This document shows, in pieces, positions 9,395 to 20,050 of a DNA stretch of 64,000 nucleotides. Under the pieces are notes generated by a model. It was not told the origin of the DNA and did not search any database. It saw only the letters and a list, made by a program, of their open reading frames with translations. The translations under genes were made by a program, and so were the position numbers. Numbering within the stretch: position 1 is the stretch's first letter; every line of letters begins with the position of its first letter. The stretch spans positions 960,001 through 1,024,000 of the forward strand of contig CAVSHF010000003.1 of assembly GCA_963727805.1 (NCBI GenBank), written 5' to 3'. The stretch is from an uncultured Nitrospiraceae bacterium. Lineage in GTDB: Bacteria > Nitrospirota > Thermodesulfovibrionia > Thermodesulfovibrionales > Dissulfurispiraceae.

Positions 9395-10312
9395 CTATTT
9401 CTTTGTGTAATATTTGTAAAGTTGGCGGTCTAATTCTTGGAAACGACGAGATATGGTATGAATGACCAATCCAGTAAAGCAGATAATCAATCCGGTTAAG
9501 ACAAGACCTACGGCAAGTATAGCAGAGGGCATTCGGCTAATGAAGCCTGTTTTAATAAACTCATTGATGACAAGAATACCAGGTATTAACCCTAAAATTA
9601 TGAAGAACAGTCCTAAGATGCCGAAGGCAGTCAATGGCTTATAATCCCTAAAGAATGCAAGTATAGTATTAAATATCAGAAAGCCGTCGCCCCAAATCCT
9701 GATCTTGGACATGCTACCGTCAGGGCGCGCTGATAAATCTATCGGTATTTCTATAATCCTGTAGTTCCGTTCGAGGCTTGCAATCGTAATTTCGGTGTCC
9801 ACTTCAAAACCACGGCTTGTAATTGGCAAATGTTTAACGACATCCCTGCTAAAAGCCCTGTATCCAGACAACAAATCGGTTATTTCAACTCTAAAAATTG
9901 AATTCGTGAGAAATAAAAATACACGGTTTCCTATCCTGTTTATTAGGTGAAAATGACTTTTAGCCGACGGATGGAGGCGCGATCCGATAACCATATCTGC
10001 ATCGCCGCTTAGAATGGGTGAGATAAGATCTTCTACCTTATTCGCAGGGTATGTCCCATCACCGTCGACAAGTATATAAATGTCAGCCTCAATTTCTCTG
10101 AACATTGTGCTAATAACATTACCTTTACCCTGTCTTCTTTCGAAGCGGACGATCGCACCTGCGTCCTTTGCCTGATCTGCCGTTCTGTCAGTAGAATTAT
10201 TGTCGTAGACATATACTTCAGCATCAGGAAGCTGCAATTTGAAGTCAGTCACGACCTGCCTAATTGTCATTTCTTCGTTAAAACAAGGTATTAAGACTGC
10301 AATTTTCCCCAT
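9395..10312 (-). CDS. GT2 glycosyltransferase (polyprenol-phosphate sugar synthase-like)
   Basis: IPCFNEE, YDNNSTD, GKG, VDGDG and D..SGYR motifs; two C-terminal TMs. Confidence 0.9.
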   Translation of the reverse strand: MGKIAVLIPCFNEEMTIRQVVTDFKLQLPDAEVYVYDNNSTDRTADQAKDAGAIVRFERRQGKGNVISTMFREIEADIYILVDGDGTYPANKVEDLISPILSGDADMVIGSRLHPSAKSHFHLINRIGNRVFLFLTNSIFRVEITDLLSGYRAFSRDVVKHLPITSRGFEVDTEITIASLERNYRIIEIPIDLSARPDGSMSKIRIWGDGFLIFNTILAFFRDYKPLTAFGILGLFFIILGLIPGILVINEFIKTGFISRMPSAILAVGLVLTGLIICFTGLVIHTISRRFQELDRQLYKYYTKK

Positions 10313-10365
10313 TGATTAGTATATATCATTCTCGCATGGTTTTAAATGTATGTTAAAATATTTCG

Positions 10366-12552
10366 ATGAGGAAATCGACCAATAAGAACAACGCGTTTAA
10401 CACCCCTATTACTACTCAAATTAGCCATGAAGAACCAGCAGACAAGACCGTTTATCGCAAGATGGCTGTCCATATCGCCTGCATCATAATCATTGGCATT
10501 TTAGCCTATTCAAATACCTTAAACTCGCCATTTGTATTTGATGATTATGAATATATTGTAAATAATTCCGTGATAAAAGAACTGACGGTATCCCCTGATC
10601 CTGCTAAAATAATTTCTCTCCCGTACGATCTAAAAAAACAGTTCTGGAACCGAATATTAGGACATTTGTCATTTGCGCTTAATTACAAGATACATGGGCT
10701 GGATGTAAAAGGCTATCACCTGTTTAATCTAACAATACATTTAGTTAACGCGCTTCTGATTTACGTGCTCATACAGTTAACTTTTAAAACTCCTTTTATC
10801 TTGTCCAGAACAAAGTTTGACCCATCTTTCGACCCAGGGATGAGCAAGTCAATCTCATTTATATGTGCGCTACTGTTTACTATTCACCCAATACAGACTG
10901 AGGCCGTATCCTACATTAGCCAGAGGCTTACCTCTTTGGCGACGCTTTTTTACTTTGTTGCATTAATTTTTTATGTCAAATCAAGATATTCGAAGACAGC
11001 CTATGTTTCTGTGAATTATTTTATTGCGCTTGTCGCAACTATTTTTGCCATGAAGACAAAAGAAATTTCATTTACATTGCCAATTTGCATATCCGTTTAC
11101 GAATTCATGTTTTTCACTGGTGCTTGGAAGAAAAGACTCGCATATCTATTGCCTTTCATACTAACAATGTTTATTATCCCGCTAACTCTCTTGCCAACGG
11201 ACACATTAGGCTCACTGTTTAACGGTATTGGCCAGGCATCAAAAGAAACAGTGTCAATTTCTCGGCTGGATTATCTGTATACACAGTTCAGCGTGATCGC
11301 TACATATTTAAGACTCCTCGTTCTGCCAGTCAACCAAAACTTGGATTATGACTATCCCGTATATCACTCCCTCGCTGTCCCCACTGTGTATCTATCATTT
11401 CTTCTGCTTCTGCTGATTATTGCCATCGCATTTTTTCTTCTTCATCTCTCGCGAAAAAATCGGAGCTTATCGTGGTGCTATCGTTTAATCTCTTTCGGTA
11501 TTTTCTATTCCTTCATAACGATTTCTGTCGAATCGAGCATAATACCAATAAAAGACGTCATATTTGAACATAGAATGTATCTGCCATTTTTTGGTTTTTC
11601 TTTGAGTGTAGCGACAGGGCTCATAGCTTTTAGAAGAAACTTAAATGGACCTATATTTTCCGGGATCGCAATTCTGGCAACTCTTGTCGTGGTGGTTATC
11701 TTGACAGGTACAACTTACTTACGAAATATGATATGGAGCAGTCCCATTGCATTATGGCAGGACACTGTCGAAAAAAGCCCGTCGAAATCCCAAGCTCACA
11801 ATAATCTTGGCCTTAGTTATGCTAAGGTGGGTAGAATTGATGATGCTATCAAAGAATATCGCATTGCAATAACTCTAAAGCCTGATCATCCCGAAGCACA
11901 TAATAATCTTGGCGTAAATTATTCTAAGATAGGTAGGATAGATGACGCCATTAAAGAATTTCTCTTAGTTATTGCTCTGAATCCTGATAATCCCGAAGCG
12001 CATAATAATCTTGGCGTAAATTATTCTAAGATAGGTAGGATAGATGACGCCATTAAAGAATTTCTCTTGGCGATAAGATTAAGGCCGTATTATACAGAAG
12101 TGCATAATAATCTCGCCATTTCTTACGAGAATAAAGGAGAATTTAGTAACGCTATAACAGAATATTCGATAATATCGAAATTGGATCCCGAAACTGCCGA
12201 AATACATAATAAACTTGGAGCTCTTTACCGTAGGATGGCCCGTTATGATGATGCCCGTGTGGAATATCTGAAAGCTATCAAACTTAAACCTGATTTTGTC
12301 GCTGCACACAATAATCTCGGATTTATTTATGAGCAACAGGGTCATCTTGATGACGCAATAAAGGAATACCTCATCGCCGTTAAAATCAAGCCAGATCTTG
12401 ATGAAGCTCACTTTGGTCTTGGATTATGTTACTTAAGAAAGAATCAGCGTGATAACGCTCTGGCGGAATTTACAACAGCCCTTAAGATTAGTCCACAGTT
12501 TGTAGAAGCCCGTAAGTATGTTGAATATTTATCAAAGAGCGAACGACGCTGA
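10366..12552 (+). CDS. TMTC-like GT-C membrane protein with C-terminal TPRs
   Basis: FVFDD, YHLFN..IH..N, HPIQTEAV.YI..R, KE and EHRMYLP motifs; AHNNLG TPR array. Confidence 0.85.
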   Translation: MRKSTNKNNAFNTPITTQISHEEPADKTVYRKMAVHIACIIIIGILAYSNTLNSPFVFDDYEYIVNNSVIKELTVSPDPAKIISLPYDLKKQFWNRILGHLSFALNYKIHGLDVKGYHLFNLTIHLVNALLIYVLIQLTFKTPFILSRTKFDPSFDPGMSKSISFICALLFTIHPIQTEAVSYISQRLTSLATLFYFVALIFYVKSRYSKTAYVSVNYFIALVATIFAMKTKEISFTLPICISVYEFMFFTGAWKKRLAYLLPFILTMFIIPLTLLPTDTLGSLFNGIGQASKETVSISRLDYLYTQFSVIATYLRLLVLPVNQNLDYDYPVYHSLAVPTVYLSFLLLLLIIAIAFFLLHLSRKNRSLSWCYRLISFGIFYSFITISVESSIIPIKDVIFEHRMYLPFFGFSLSVATGLIAFRRNLNGPIFSGIAILATLVVVVILTGTTYLRNMIWSSPIALWQDTVEKSPSKSQAHNNLGLSYAKVGRIDDAIKEYRIAITLKPDHPEAHNNLGVNYSKIGRIDDAIKEFLLVIALNPDNPEAHNNLGVNYSKIGRIDDAIKEFLLAIRLRPYYTEVHNNLAISYENKGEFSNAITEYSIISKLDPETAEIHNKLGALYRRMARYDDARVEYLKAIKLKPDFVAAHNNLGFIYEQQGHLDDAIKEYLIAVKIKPDLDEAHFGLGLCYLRKNQRDNALAEFTTALKISPQFVEARKYVEYLSKSERR
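11899..12068 (+). repeat. 68-bp exact direct repeat with 102-bp (one TPR) period
   Basis: 11899-11966 is identical to 12001-12068. Confidence 0.9.
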
Positions 12553-12599
12553 TTAGTAAGCTCATCTCTCATAGAGAGCAAGTGAAATTAATGTTGTAT

Positions 12600-13259
12600 T
12601 TATGCGAGGTCCTCACGAAAGCTTTTTCCCACCACAACCCCAATTACCGTTCCGACAATGGCCCCAGCTACAAAATCTGAAAACCAGTGAATGCTTATAG
12701 ATACTCCGAATCCGATGTAGAGCGCATAAGAAAGCGAGAGATATCTTACAATTTTATTTTTTGGATACAGCATCAACAGCGTTACAGACATAGCAAAAGC
12801 AATAGTGGTGTGAGAGGATGGCCAACCCCAAAACACTCCGCCGCGCAGAAAGCCAAAGTCAAATTCACGGCTGATGTCGACAATAGCTGGTGTGCACAAT
12901 CTTGGCGGATGAACTCTCCCGGTGAATGCCTTGTAAAAGGCAGCTATGAGCAAGCCAATGAGTACTGATTGACCTAAAGCGAAGGCTGTATTCATAGCTC
13001 TCAAATTCTTACTCACCTTGCCCACAACAAAAAGAGTGAGTGGTACGATAATTGGCAGACGACTACCAAGAATGACAGCCGGAAAAAGAAGTGATAATAA
13101 AAGGACGCTTCTGGATGATTTGAAGTAGAGCCAGTCAAAACCAGAGGTTACGAAGATGCATGTAAAAATAATCGCCAACAGATGCCAGAGAAAATTATAC
13201 CCTCCAAAGCATTTGATGATATTCTTGGGTAGACTGTAGAAAAATGCTCGCATGGCCAT
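12600..13259 (-). CDS. PAP2-family membrane phosphatase
   Basis: KAFTGRVHP, WPSSHT and HWFSD motifs. Confidence 0.88.
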   Translation of the reverse strand: MAMRAFFYSLPKNIIKCFGGYNFLWHLLAIIFTCIFVTSGFDWLYFKSSRSVLLLSLLFPAVILGSRLPIIVPLTLFVVGKVSKNLRAMNTAFALGQSVLIGLLIAAFYKAFTGRVHPPRLCTPAIVDISREFDFGFLRGGVFWGWPSSHTTIAFAMSVTLLMLYPKNKIVRYLSLSYALYIGFGVSISIHWFSDFVAGAIVGTVIGVVVGKSFREDLA

Positions 13260-13636
13260 TTATTGATTACCTTTCCCAAAGGGGCATACCCTGACGCATA
13301 TCCCACAAGTTCTAACTGTGATGCGGACCATATCCCTCACTACAAGGGATCCTCTGCACTCCATTGTAACAGTATCTTATGCGACGGTGGAGAATTTATT
13401 GATCAGGGGTAATGACTCACTAATTTTCAGTGCAGGCTTTATTGTGTCTCCACGCTTTGCATCGGCATAGCCAGCTGTCTTCCTTGGAACACGTTGCATC
13501 ACGTACAATATCGATATGACGTGATACTCGGCTTTTTTTAATAATTTTCACCAATTGAGTATACTAATAATAAATAACCGTTTGTTAATAACTTTTCGGC
13601 GTGATGCAATCTAGCAGCCGGATGAGGAGGTCTCAT

Positions 13637-14827
13637 ATGAAACGACGCGATTTCCTTAAGGTGGCGGCATTGACCGCAGCCGCTGTGACAACTAGCCCGC
13701 TTTATGCGGAAACAATGACCGAAGTGTCCTCTGTCAAAAGTTATCGTGAAATCGGAAAGACCGGGTTGAAGATGAGCGATATTTCCTTCGGTGCCGGAAA
13801 GCTTTCGGCCGCTTCGATGGTCCTCAGGGCTGTGGATAGTGGCATTAACTATTTTGACACCGCTCCGGATTACGGCCAATCTGAAAATACGATCGGCGAA
13901 GCCATGGGCAAGATCAGAAGAGACAAGATCATCATTACCTCGAAATTCTGCCACCCCCAGCCCTATCCAGGTCATCTCCCTCTGGGTTCGAAGAAGGAAG
14001 ATTACATAGCTTCAGTCGAAGGAAGCCTATCTAGGATGAAGACCGATTACCTCGATTTCTGCTTTGTACACGCTATAGGTGAGATGAGCAAGGACCTGGA
14101 AGCCGAGAAAAAAAGGCTCCTTAACGATGAGATGTTCGAAGCCGTGGCTAAACTGAAAAAGGCAGGGAAGATCCGTTTTTTGGGCACCTCTTCTCACGGA
14201 CCTAACAATATGGAGGAACTTCTGATGACTGCGGTCAACGCAGGCCAATTCGATGTGATCCAGCCGTCCTTCAACTTCATGAAGTTTCCGAAGCTGCCCG
14301 AGGTCATGAAGGAAGCCCACAGAAAGGGGGTTGGCGTAATCGCCATGAAAACTCTTGCTGGCGCCAAGGATATGAATGTGGAGGCAAAAGGAGCGGAGTT
14401 TTCCCATGCAGCATTCAAGTGGGTGCTGAAGCATCCGGAGGTGAGCGGCCTTATCGTCACAATGAAGACAGCTTCTGATATCGAGCTCTATCTCAAGGCT
14501 TCGGGGGCAAAATTCACCGCCGCCGATCAGGATGTCCTCGATCGTTATGCCCGTTTGTATGGAAGCGAATACTGCAGAACAGGCTGTGGAGAGTGCGAGA
14601 AATCGTGCGCCCTGGGAGTGGAGATCGCCTCAGTCATGAGATACCGGATGTATTTCATGGACTACGGCATGGAAAAGAGGGCGATGCAGTCCTATGCCTT
14701 GTTGAAAAAGAACGCATCAACCTGCTTCGGATGTGTTGATCCCGGTTGCGTCGGCAGCTGTCCCCATGGTCTCCCTGTGAAGGACATGCTCTGCGATGCG
14801 CATGAGTCGATGTCGTTCTCAGTCTGA
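13637..14827 (+). CDS. aldo/keto reductase with twin-arginine leader and C-terminal Fe-S domain
   Basis: MKRRDFLK; GINYFDTAPDYG.SE; AMKTL; CRTGCGEC..SC and C..C....C...CP; RBS GAGGAGG. Confidence 0.88.
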   Translation: MKRRDFLKVAALTAAAVTTSPLYAETMTEVSSVKSYREIGKTGLKMSDISFGAGKLSAASMVLRAVDSGINYFDTAPDYGQSENTIGEAMGKIRRDKIIITSKFCHPQPYPGHLPLGSKKEDYIASVEGSLSRMKTDYLDFCFVHAIGEMSKDLEAEKKRLLNDEMFEAVAKLKKAGKIRFLGTSSHGPNNMEELLMTAVNAGQFDVIQPSFNFMKFPKLPEVMKEAHRKGVGVIAMKTLAGAKDMNVEAKGAEFSHAAFKWVLKHPEVSGLIVTMKTASDIELYLKASGAKFTAADQDVLDRYARLYGSEYCRTGCGECEKSCALGVEIASVMRYRMYFMDYGMEKRAMQSYALLKKNASTCFGCVDPGCVGSCPHGLPVKDMLCDAHESMSFSV

Positions 14828-15795
14828 TGAACTCGGTTCCGTTTAAATACCGCCTTCTTCTGATTGGGTTGCTGCCGCTTATCGCCGCAGTCCTATATTT
14901 CAGAGGCCAGAACTATGATCCAGCCCTGATAGACTTCAATAAAACGGTGCAGCAGGAAGTCCTTGGTTCTGTGGCGTCACCTAAAGTTGCACAAGAGTTG
15001 CAGCCTCTCGCCGTCGCTCAGGATATAGCGGGGTTCCGGAAGTTCGGTGATGAGCATCGTTACACAAAGGAAAATCTTTATGAACATGTTGACGGCCATG
15101 CGGAATATTTTATCAGTGCCGGGTTTCAAGGGCTTACGGTTACGGAGTACATTGCCGCAGGGTCAAAGGCTACACAGGCGGAAATCCAAGTCGAGGTCTT
15201 TGACATGGGTAAAAGCATTCAAGCCTTCGGGGTCCTGGCGGATGAGTCTGGAGAAAAACCCACTCCGGTCTCTGTTGGAACGATGGGTTACAAGACCTCA
15301 ATGGGTATTAACTACATCAAAGGAAGGTATTACGTCAAGATATCGGCCTTCAGCCCTAAGACATCAATAATCAAATTTTCGAAGGGATTCGCTGACACTC
15401 TTCCAGCGGGACGGGATCCTTTCGAGGTCTTTTCGAAGTTCCCCGATCTCGGAAAGGTCGAAAACACGAGGTTTGCAAAAGAGGGTTATCGCGGTCTCGA
15501 TTTCCTCCATAATGTGGTCGAACGTGAATACTCCACAAGTAGTGGCAAGATCAAGGTGGCACTTATGGCAGGCAGTGAACATGAAATGCAATCACTGCTG
15601 TCCTCATTTCTTGACTACTTTGGAAAATCTGGGATGCGATACGAAAGAATCGAAAGGGGCGGATCAGAAGCGTACAAGGTTATGGACAAATATGAGGGCA
15701 ACTGGTTTCTTATCCGGTCTCGCGATGCGGTTTTCGGTGTGTTCGGGACGAATGACGAGGGAATCTTGAAATTCTTTATGAAGGACAAGGGTTAA
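14827..15795 (+). CDS. membrane-anchored periplasmic protein (DUF6599-like)
   Basis: N-terminal TM; NLYEHVDGHAEYF and AFG..KGRYYV; sits in the AKR/DUF362 operon. Confidence 0.65.
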   Translation: MNSVPFKYRLLLIGLLPLIAAVLYFRGQNYDPALIDFNKTVQQEVLGSVASPKVAQELQPLAVAQDIAGFRKFGDEHRYTKENLYEHVDGHAEYFISAGFQGLTVTEYIAAGSKATQAEIQVEVFDMGKSIQAFGVLADESGEKPTPVSVGTMGYKTSMGINYIKGRYYVKISAFSPKTSIIKFSKGFADTLPAGRDPFEVFSKFPDLGKVENTRFAKEGYRGLDFLHNVVEREYSTSSGKIKVALMAGSEHEMQSLLSSFLDYFGKSGMRYERIERGGSEAYKVMDKYEGNWFLIRSRDAVFGVFGTNDEGILKFFMKDKG

Positions 15796-15815
15796 AAACC
15801 CGCTGATGTAGTCCT

Positions 15816-16808
15816 ATGTCATCGAAGAACAACAAAAGAGAACCGGACATTAGCAGGAGACAATTTCTCCTGAGAACTGCTGCCACCTGCGGCCTTGCAG
15901 CAACTGCAGCAGTATGGGGATATGTATTTTATAGTGAAGAACCGGTCCGCCGGAGCGTCGGGAGGATACTCACCTTCAAGGACTTCCGCGTCGAAGAAAA
16001 AACAGTCTATCCTAAGCTTGCCGTGGTCCACGGCAAAAATGCGGAGACGATGGTCCGGGCCGCAATCGAAAAGATCGGCGGCATAGGCCGGTTTGTGAAC
16101 CCCGGTGAGAAGATCTTACTAAAGCCAAATGTAGCATGGGACAGACAACCAGAACAGGCGGCCAACACCAATCCAGCGGTGGTTGCCGCAGTCGTTAAGC
16201 TTTGTCTGGAGGCACGAGCATCAGAGGTTTGGGTAACAGATGTTTCGGTGAACAATCCCTACAGATGTTTCGCCCGTTCTGGGATCGAAGATGCGGTGAA
16301 GAGAGCGGGCGGAAAGATCAGATTGACTACCGAAAACGACTTTGTCCTTACTGACCTGAAGGGTGAATCTCTCAAGGTTTGGCCTGTAAGCGCCTTTTAC
16401 CACCAAGCTGACAAGCTTATCAATTTGCCGGTCGTGAAACACCATTCCCTTAGTAAGTGCACAATGGCCATGAAAAACCTTTATGGCTCCCTCGGCGGAC
16501 AGAGGAACCGCCTGCATCAGGACATTAATCCCGCGATCGCAGACCTCGCCTGCGCGATCAGACCGACACTCACTGTCATGGATGCCACGAGGGTACTCAA
16601 GAGAAACGGTCCGACTGGTGGTAACCTCTCGGACGTATCCATAGAGAACACGGTTATCGCTGGAGTGGACATGGTGGCAATTGAGTCTTATGGACTCAGG
16701 TTTCTTGATCTGAAGGTTGAGGATATTCCTTTTATTTTAATGGCGGAAAAGAGAGGCATCGGGATTTCCGACTGGAAATCGCTCAACGTTGCCGAAATGA
16801 ACGTATGA
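15816..16808 (+). CDS. DUF362 domain protein with Tat-like N-terminus
   Basis: SRRQFL; LLKPN, TNP.VV, INLPVVKHH, MKNLYG and GP.GG motifs. Confidence 0.88.
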   Translation: MSSKNNKREPDISRRQFLLRTAATCGLAATAAVWGYVFYSEEPVRRSVGRILTFKDFRVEEKTVYPKLAVVHGKNAETMVRAAIEKIGGIGRFVNPGEKILLKPNVAWDRQPEQAANTNPAVVAAVVKLCLEARASEVWVTDVSVNNPYRCFARSGIEDAVKRAGGKIRLTTENDFVLTDLKGESLKVWPVSAFYHQADKLINLPVVKHHSLSKCTMAMKNLYGSLGGQRNRLHQDINPAIADLACAIRPTLTVMDATRVLKRNGPTGGNLSDVSIENTVIAGVDMVAIESYGLRFLDLKVEDIPFILMAEKRGIGISDWKSLNVAEMNV

Positions 16809-18322
16809 ACCGAAAGATCCTGAGCCTGCGAAATATCAGGAGAATTTACGCCGTCTTTTTCATAGTGCTTTTCGTACTTCTTCTTTGGCTGACGAGTTTC
16901 GGGCGCATGAAGGGGTACGAGACACCGCTGTTTCTGGAACTCGACCCCCTCGCTGCTATCGCCTCTTTTCTCACCAGTTGGACAGTCTATAAGGGGCTCG
17001 CCCTTTCGCTTTTTGTCATTAGCGGAACGCTCTTATTCGGCCGCTTCTTCTGTTCGTGGGTGTGTCCGATGGGCATCATCAACCAGATCGCAGCAAGCGT
17101 CTTCACTAAGCTTAGGGCGGTAGATACCTTTGCACAGAATTCCTATCGACCTCTCTACCGTCTTAAATACTATCTCCTTACTATATTCCTAGCCCTTGCT
17201 GCGTTTGGTTCGCTTCAGATTGGATTACTCGATCCAATTCCATTTTTCACGCGGTCCTTCGCTATCTCAGTATTTCCGATGATTAATAGCAGCCAGGGCT
17301 GGCTCTATCTTAAACAGCCCCTTTTTAATGGTGGAACTTTGCTGGGTATGATCTTTCTTGCGGTGATCTTTGCAAACAGGTTTCTTCCGAAATTATGGTG
17401 TCGTGCGGTCTGTCCCTTGGGTGCTCTTCTCGGACTGCTATCTTACCGGCCTATTCTTAGGATATGGCGCGACGTTGACCTTTGCACCGACTGCAAAAAA
17501 TGCCTCGGCCACTGTCACGGCGCATGCGATCCGCATACGGCTCTTCGGGTTTCAGAATGTCACCTTTGTATGAACTGCATCGAAGACTGCCCTGAGGGCG
17601 CAATCCATTACGGCCTGTCAAAACCTTCAAGTTCTGCACAGATGCCTCTCGATGTAAGCCGTCGCAGGCTGATCGAAAGCGCCCTCGCAGGGGCGATTCT
17701 CCTTCCAATGATGCACAGCACTATCACCTCCAAAACTTCGCCGCAACATCGTGTGATCAGGCCGCCTGGTTCCATTTCCGAAGAAGATTTCCTCCGACGG
17801 TGCCTCAAGTGTGGAGAATGCATGAAGGTCTGTCCGACCAACGCGATTCAGCCTGCGTTGCTGGAGGCGGGATTCGAGGGGATCTGGACACCAATACTGA
17901 TCAACAGGATCGGCTACTGCGAGTACAACTGTGTGCTATGCAGTCACGTATGCCCAACCGGCGCCATAAGCCCTATTACGGTCGATAAAAAAATTGGAAA
18001 GAGTGCCGGACAGAGGCCGCTCAAGATCGGCACTGCCTTTTACGACCGCGGAAGGTGCCTACCTTGGTCGATGAATATCGAATGTATAGTCTGCGAAGAG
18101 GTCTGCCCCACATCGCCGAAGGCGATTTGGTTTCAGACCTTTGAGGTGGAACTTAGAGATGGAACGACAAAAATGCTGAAGCGCCCTTACGTGGACCCGA
18201 ATCTCTGCACCGGTTGCGGGATTTGTGAAAACAAGTGCCCTATCCGTGATCAGGCCGCGGTCCGCATTACCTCTATAGGAGAGACGCGGTCATCAACGAA
18301 CCAAATGATACTCAAGCCCTGA
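16805..18322 (+). CDS. membrane polyferredoxin (NapH/MauN plus NapG/MauM-like 4Fe-4S protein)
   Basis: GRFFCSWVCPMG; WCRAVCPLG; RPPG; many CxxCxxCxxxCP motifs. Confidence 0.88.
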   Translation: MNRKILSLRNIRRIYAVFFIVLFVLLLWLTSFGRMKGYETPLFLELDPLAAIASFLTSWTVYKGLALSLFVISGTLLFGRFFCSWVCPMGIINQIAASVFTKLRAVDTFAQNSYRPLYRLKYYLLTIFLALAAFGSLQIGLLDPIPFFTRSFAISVFPMINSSQGWLYLKQPLFNGGTLLGMIFLAVIFANRFLPKLWCRAVCPLGALLGLLSYRPILRIWRDVDLCTDCKKCLGHCHGACDPHTALRVSECHLCMNCIEDCPEGAIHYGLSKPSSSAQMPLDVSRRRLIESALAGAILLPMMHSTITSKTSPQHRVIRPPGSISEEDFLRRCLKCGECMKVCPTNAIQPALLEAGFEGIWTPILINRIGYCEYNCVLCSHVCPTGAISPITVDKKIGKSAGQRPLKIGTAFYDRGRCLPWSMNIECIVCEEVCPTSPKAIWFQTFEVELRDGTTKMLKRPYVDPNLCTGCGICENKCPIRDQAAVRITSIGETRSSTNQMILKP

Positions 18323-18640
18323 AAAAGATCCAATTCCCCAACTTGTTGGGTCTCGCCACTTCTTTTATCCTGCAAATGTGTGTAACAGACCATTCTTTTC
18401 ACCACCCATCGTTCAAAAGTATTAAGTAGAAGTGATAAAGAAACAGATTCGGGATATCACAATTAGCTTCAGATACAGAAGCATTGGATAACGAGGTTTC
18501 GATGGTTTTTCCCGACTATTATCACCTTTCGGGTACAGCTGCACACATGACTTTCAGAAGAACTCAATCCTGCTACCACTGAACAAATCTTTCGTGGTAT
18601 ACTCTTTGTCATCAATCATCTACCTTTATAGGAGAACAAC

Positions 18641-18910
18641 ATGAACAAAGCAGAACTTGTAGAGAAGTTATCAAAGGACGCCGGGATTTCTAAGGCTCAG
18701 GCAGAGGCAGCCATTAAGTCTTTTAGCGAGGCAGTCGCCAAAACAGCTAAGAAAGATGGCAAGCTTATTCTTGTCGGTTTCGGCACATTCTCGCTGGCAA
18801 AGCGGAAGGCCAGAAAAGGAAGGAACCCCAAAACTGGAGAAGCAATTAAAATCAAGGCCAGCAAGACCGTCAAGTTCGCTGCTGGCAAAAATCTGAAAGC
18901 GATCCTATAG
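18641..18910 (+). CDS. hup: DNA-binding protein HU
   Basis: MNKAELV..GFGTF..RKARKGRNPKTGE.I.I. Confidence 0.95.
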   Translation: MNKAELVEKLSKDAGISKAQAEAAIKSFSEAVAKTAKKDGKLILVGFGTFSLAKRKARKGRNPKTGEAIKIKASKTVKFAAGKNLKAIL

Positions 18911-18917
18911 TGCAACA

Positions 18918-18956
18918 ATATCCCCCTGTTTCACTTATATTGAAACAGGGGGATAT
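18918..18956. terminator. bidirectional terminator hairpin
   Basis: ATATCCCCCTGTTTCA/TGAAACAGGGGGATAT perfect inverted repeat between convergent genes. Confidence 0.85.
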
Positions 18957-18987
18957 TCTTAAATTCAGTTTAAAACAACGCCGAGAT

Positions 18988-19209
18988 TTACTTTGCTGGT
19001 TTCATCTGCTCGCCACAACAGATTATATCGCAGAAATCAACACAGCCGCAAACTTCATCTACGGTCACGGCAAGGCCGCATACACCACATTCATAATGGT
19101 TACCACTCTTGAGCTCCTTCTGTTGCTTTGGTGCTGTCTTTTTTGCAGTTGTCTTCGTCTTCGCTGCCTTTACCGCCTTTGAAGTTGATACTTTTTTCTT
19201 TGTCGCCAT
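18988..19209 (-). CDS. small protein with Lys/Ala-rich N-terminus and desulforedoxin-like Cys cluster
   Basis: Y.CGVCG..V.V...CGC...C.IICCGEQM; RBS AGGAGG. Confidence 0.75.
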   Translation of the reverse strand: MATKKKVSTSKAVKAAKTKTTAKKTAPKQQKELKSGNHYECGVCGLAVTVDEVCGCVDFCDIICCGEQMKPAK

Positions 19210-19261
19210 CTTTCCTCCTTTTAAAAAAGTTTATTAATATAAATATAGCAACTACTTTATC

Positions 19262-19630
19262 CTATTTCATAAGTTGCCCCGTATCATACAATGCCTCAAT
19301 GTTAAAAGCAGGTACTGTAACGGAGATATAGATAAGTTTCTCCGATCCTGCATTCTCAACCGCGTGCTCCACATTTGAAGGGATGTATAGAAGATCTCCC
19401 GTCTGAACATCGGCAATCTCAGAACCAACCTTTATACGACCCTTCCCATTGATAATGATATAGGCTTGTTCCGGCACATGATGATGAGGTTGCTGATTTG
19501 AGCCTGGCTCAACTTCCACCCTGGCAATTGCAAGATTATCAGTTGGTGTATCTCCGGACTGTAACAATATGTGCGACACTAAGCCTGGGCGAATTCGCTT
19601 TGGTGACTCTGTAAGACTTCTTTTAAACAT
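19262..19630 (-). CDS. cupin-domain protein
   Basis: PHHH.PEQ.Y....G.G and GD.LYIP..VEH motifs. Confidence 0.9.
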   Translation of the reverse strand: MFKRSLTESPKRIRPGLVSHILLQSGDTPTDNLAIARVEVEPGSNQQPHHHVPEQAYIIINGKGRIKVGSEIADVQTGDLLYIPSNVEHAVENAGSEKLIYISVTVPAFNIEALYDTGQLMK

Positions 19631-20050
19631 CCTCTCTCCTACGGCACCGATTAATAATATTAATTTGAAGAATCATTCATAAGTATAGCAAAAAGCTGTC
19701 CGCACAAGTACCTTTGAAAACCTGATAAGGCTAACATGTCAATGCGTTTCTAGAAATGCAACAGTGAAGATTTTTGAAAAGAATATCTCATGTCTGAGCG
19801 ATACAGATCAAGGCGTGTTATAAGAAGTCAATCGACGAAGTCGCAATGAAAGTTTTTTTGCAATCACCAAATTCCTAGTACTGGTACAATCAATAACTTT
19901 GCAGGTGACACCAACATTCTCAGGCTACGAGCTAATCCTGACTTCCTTAGAAGAGGAAGAAGTTGATCCGGAACAAGTCTTGGAAGCACCGCCCTGACAA
20001 TTGTCCAAACTATTTCACATCGCTGTCCGAACTAAATCGGAAGTTGACTG

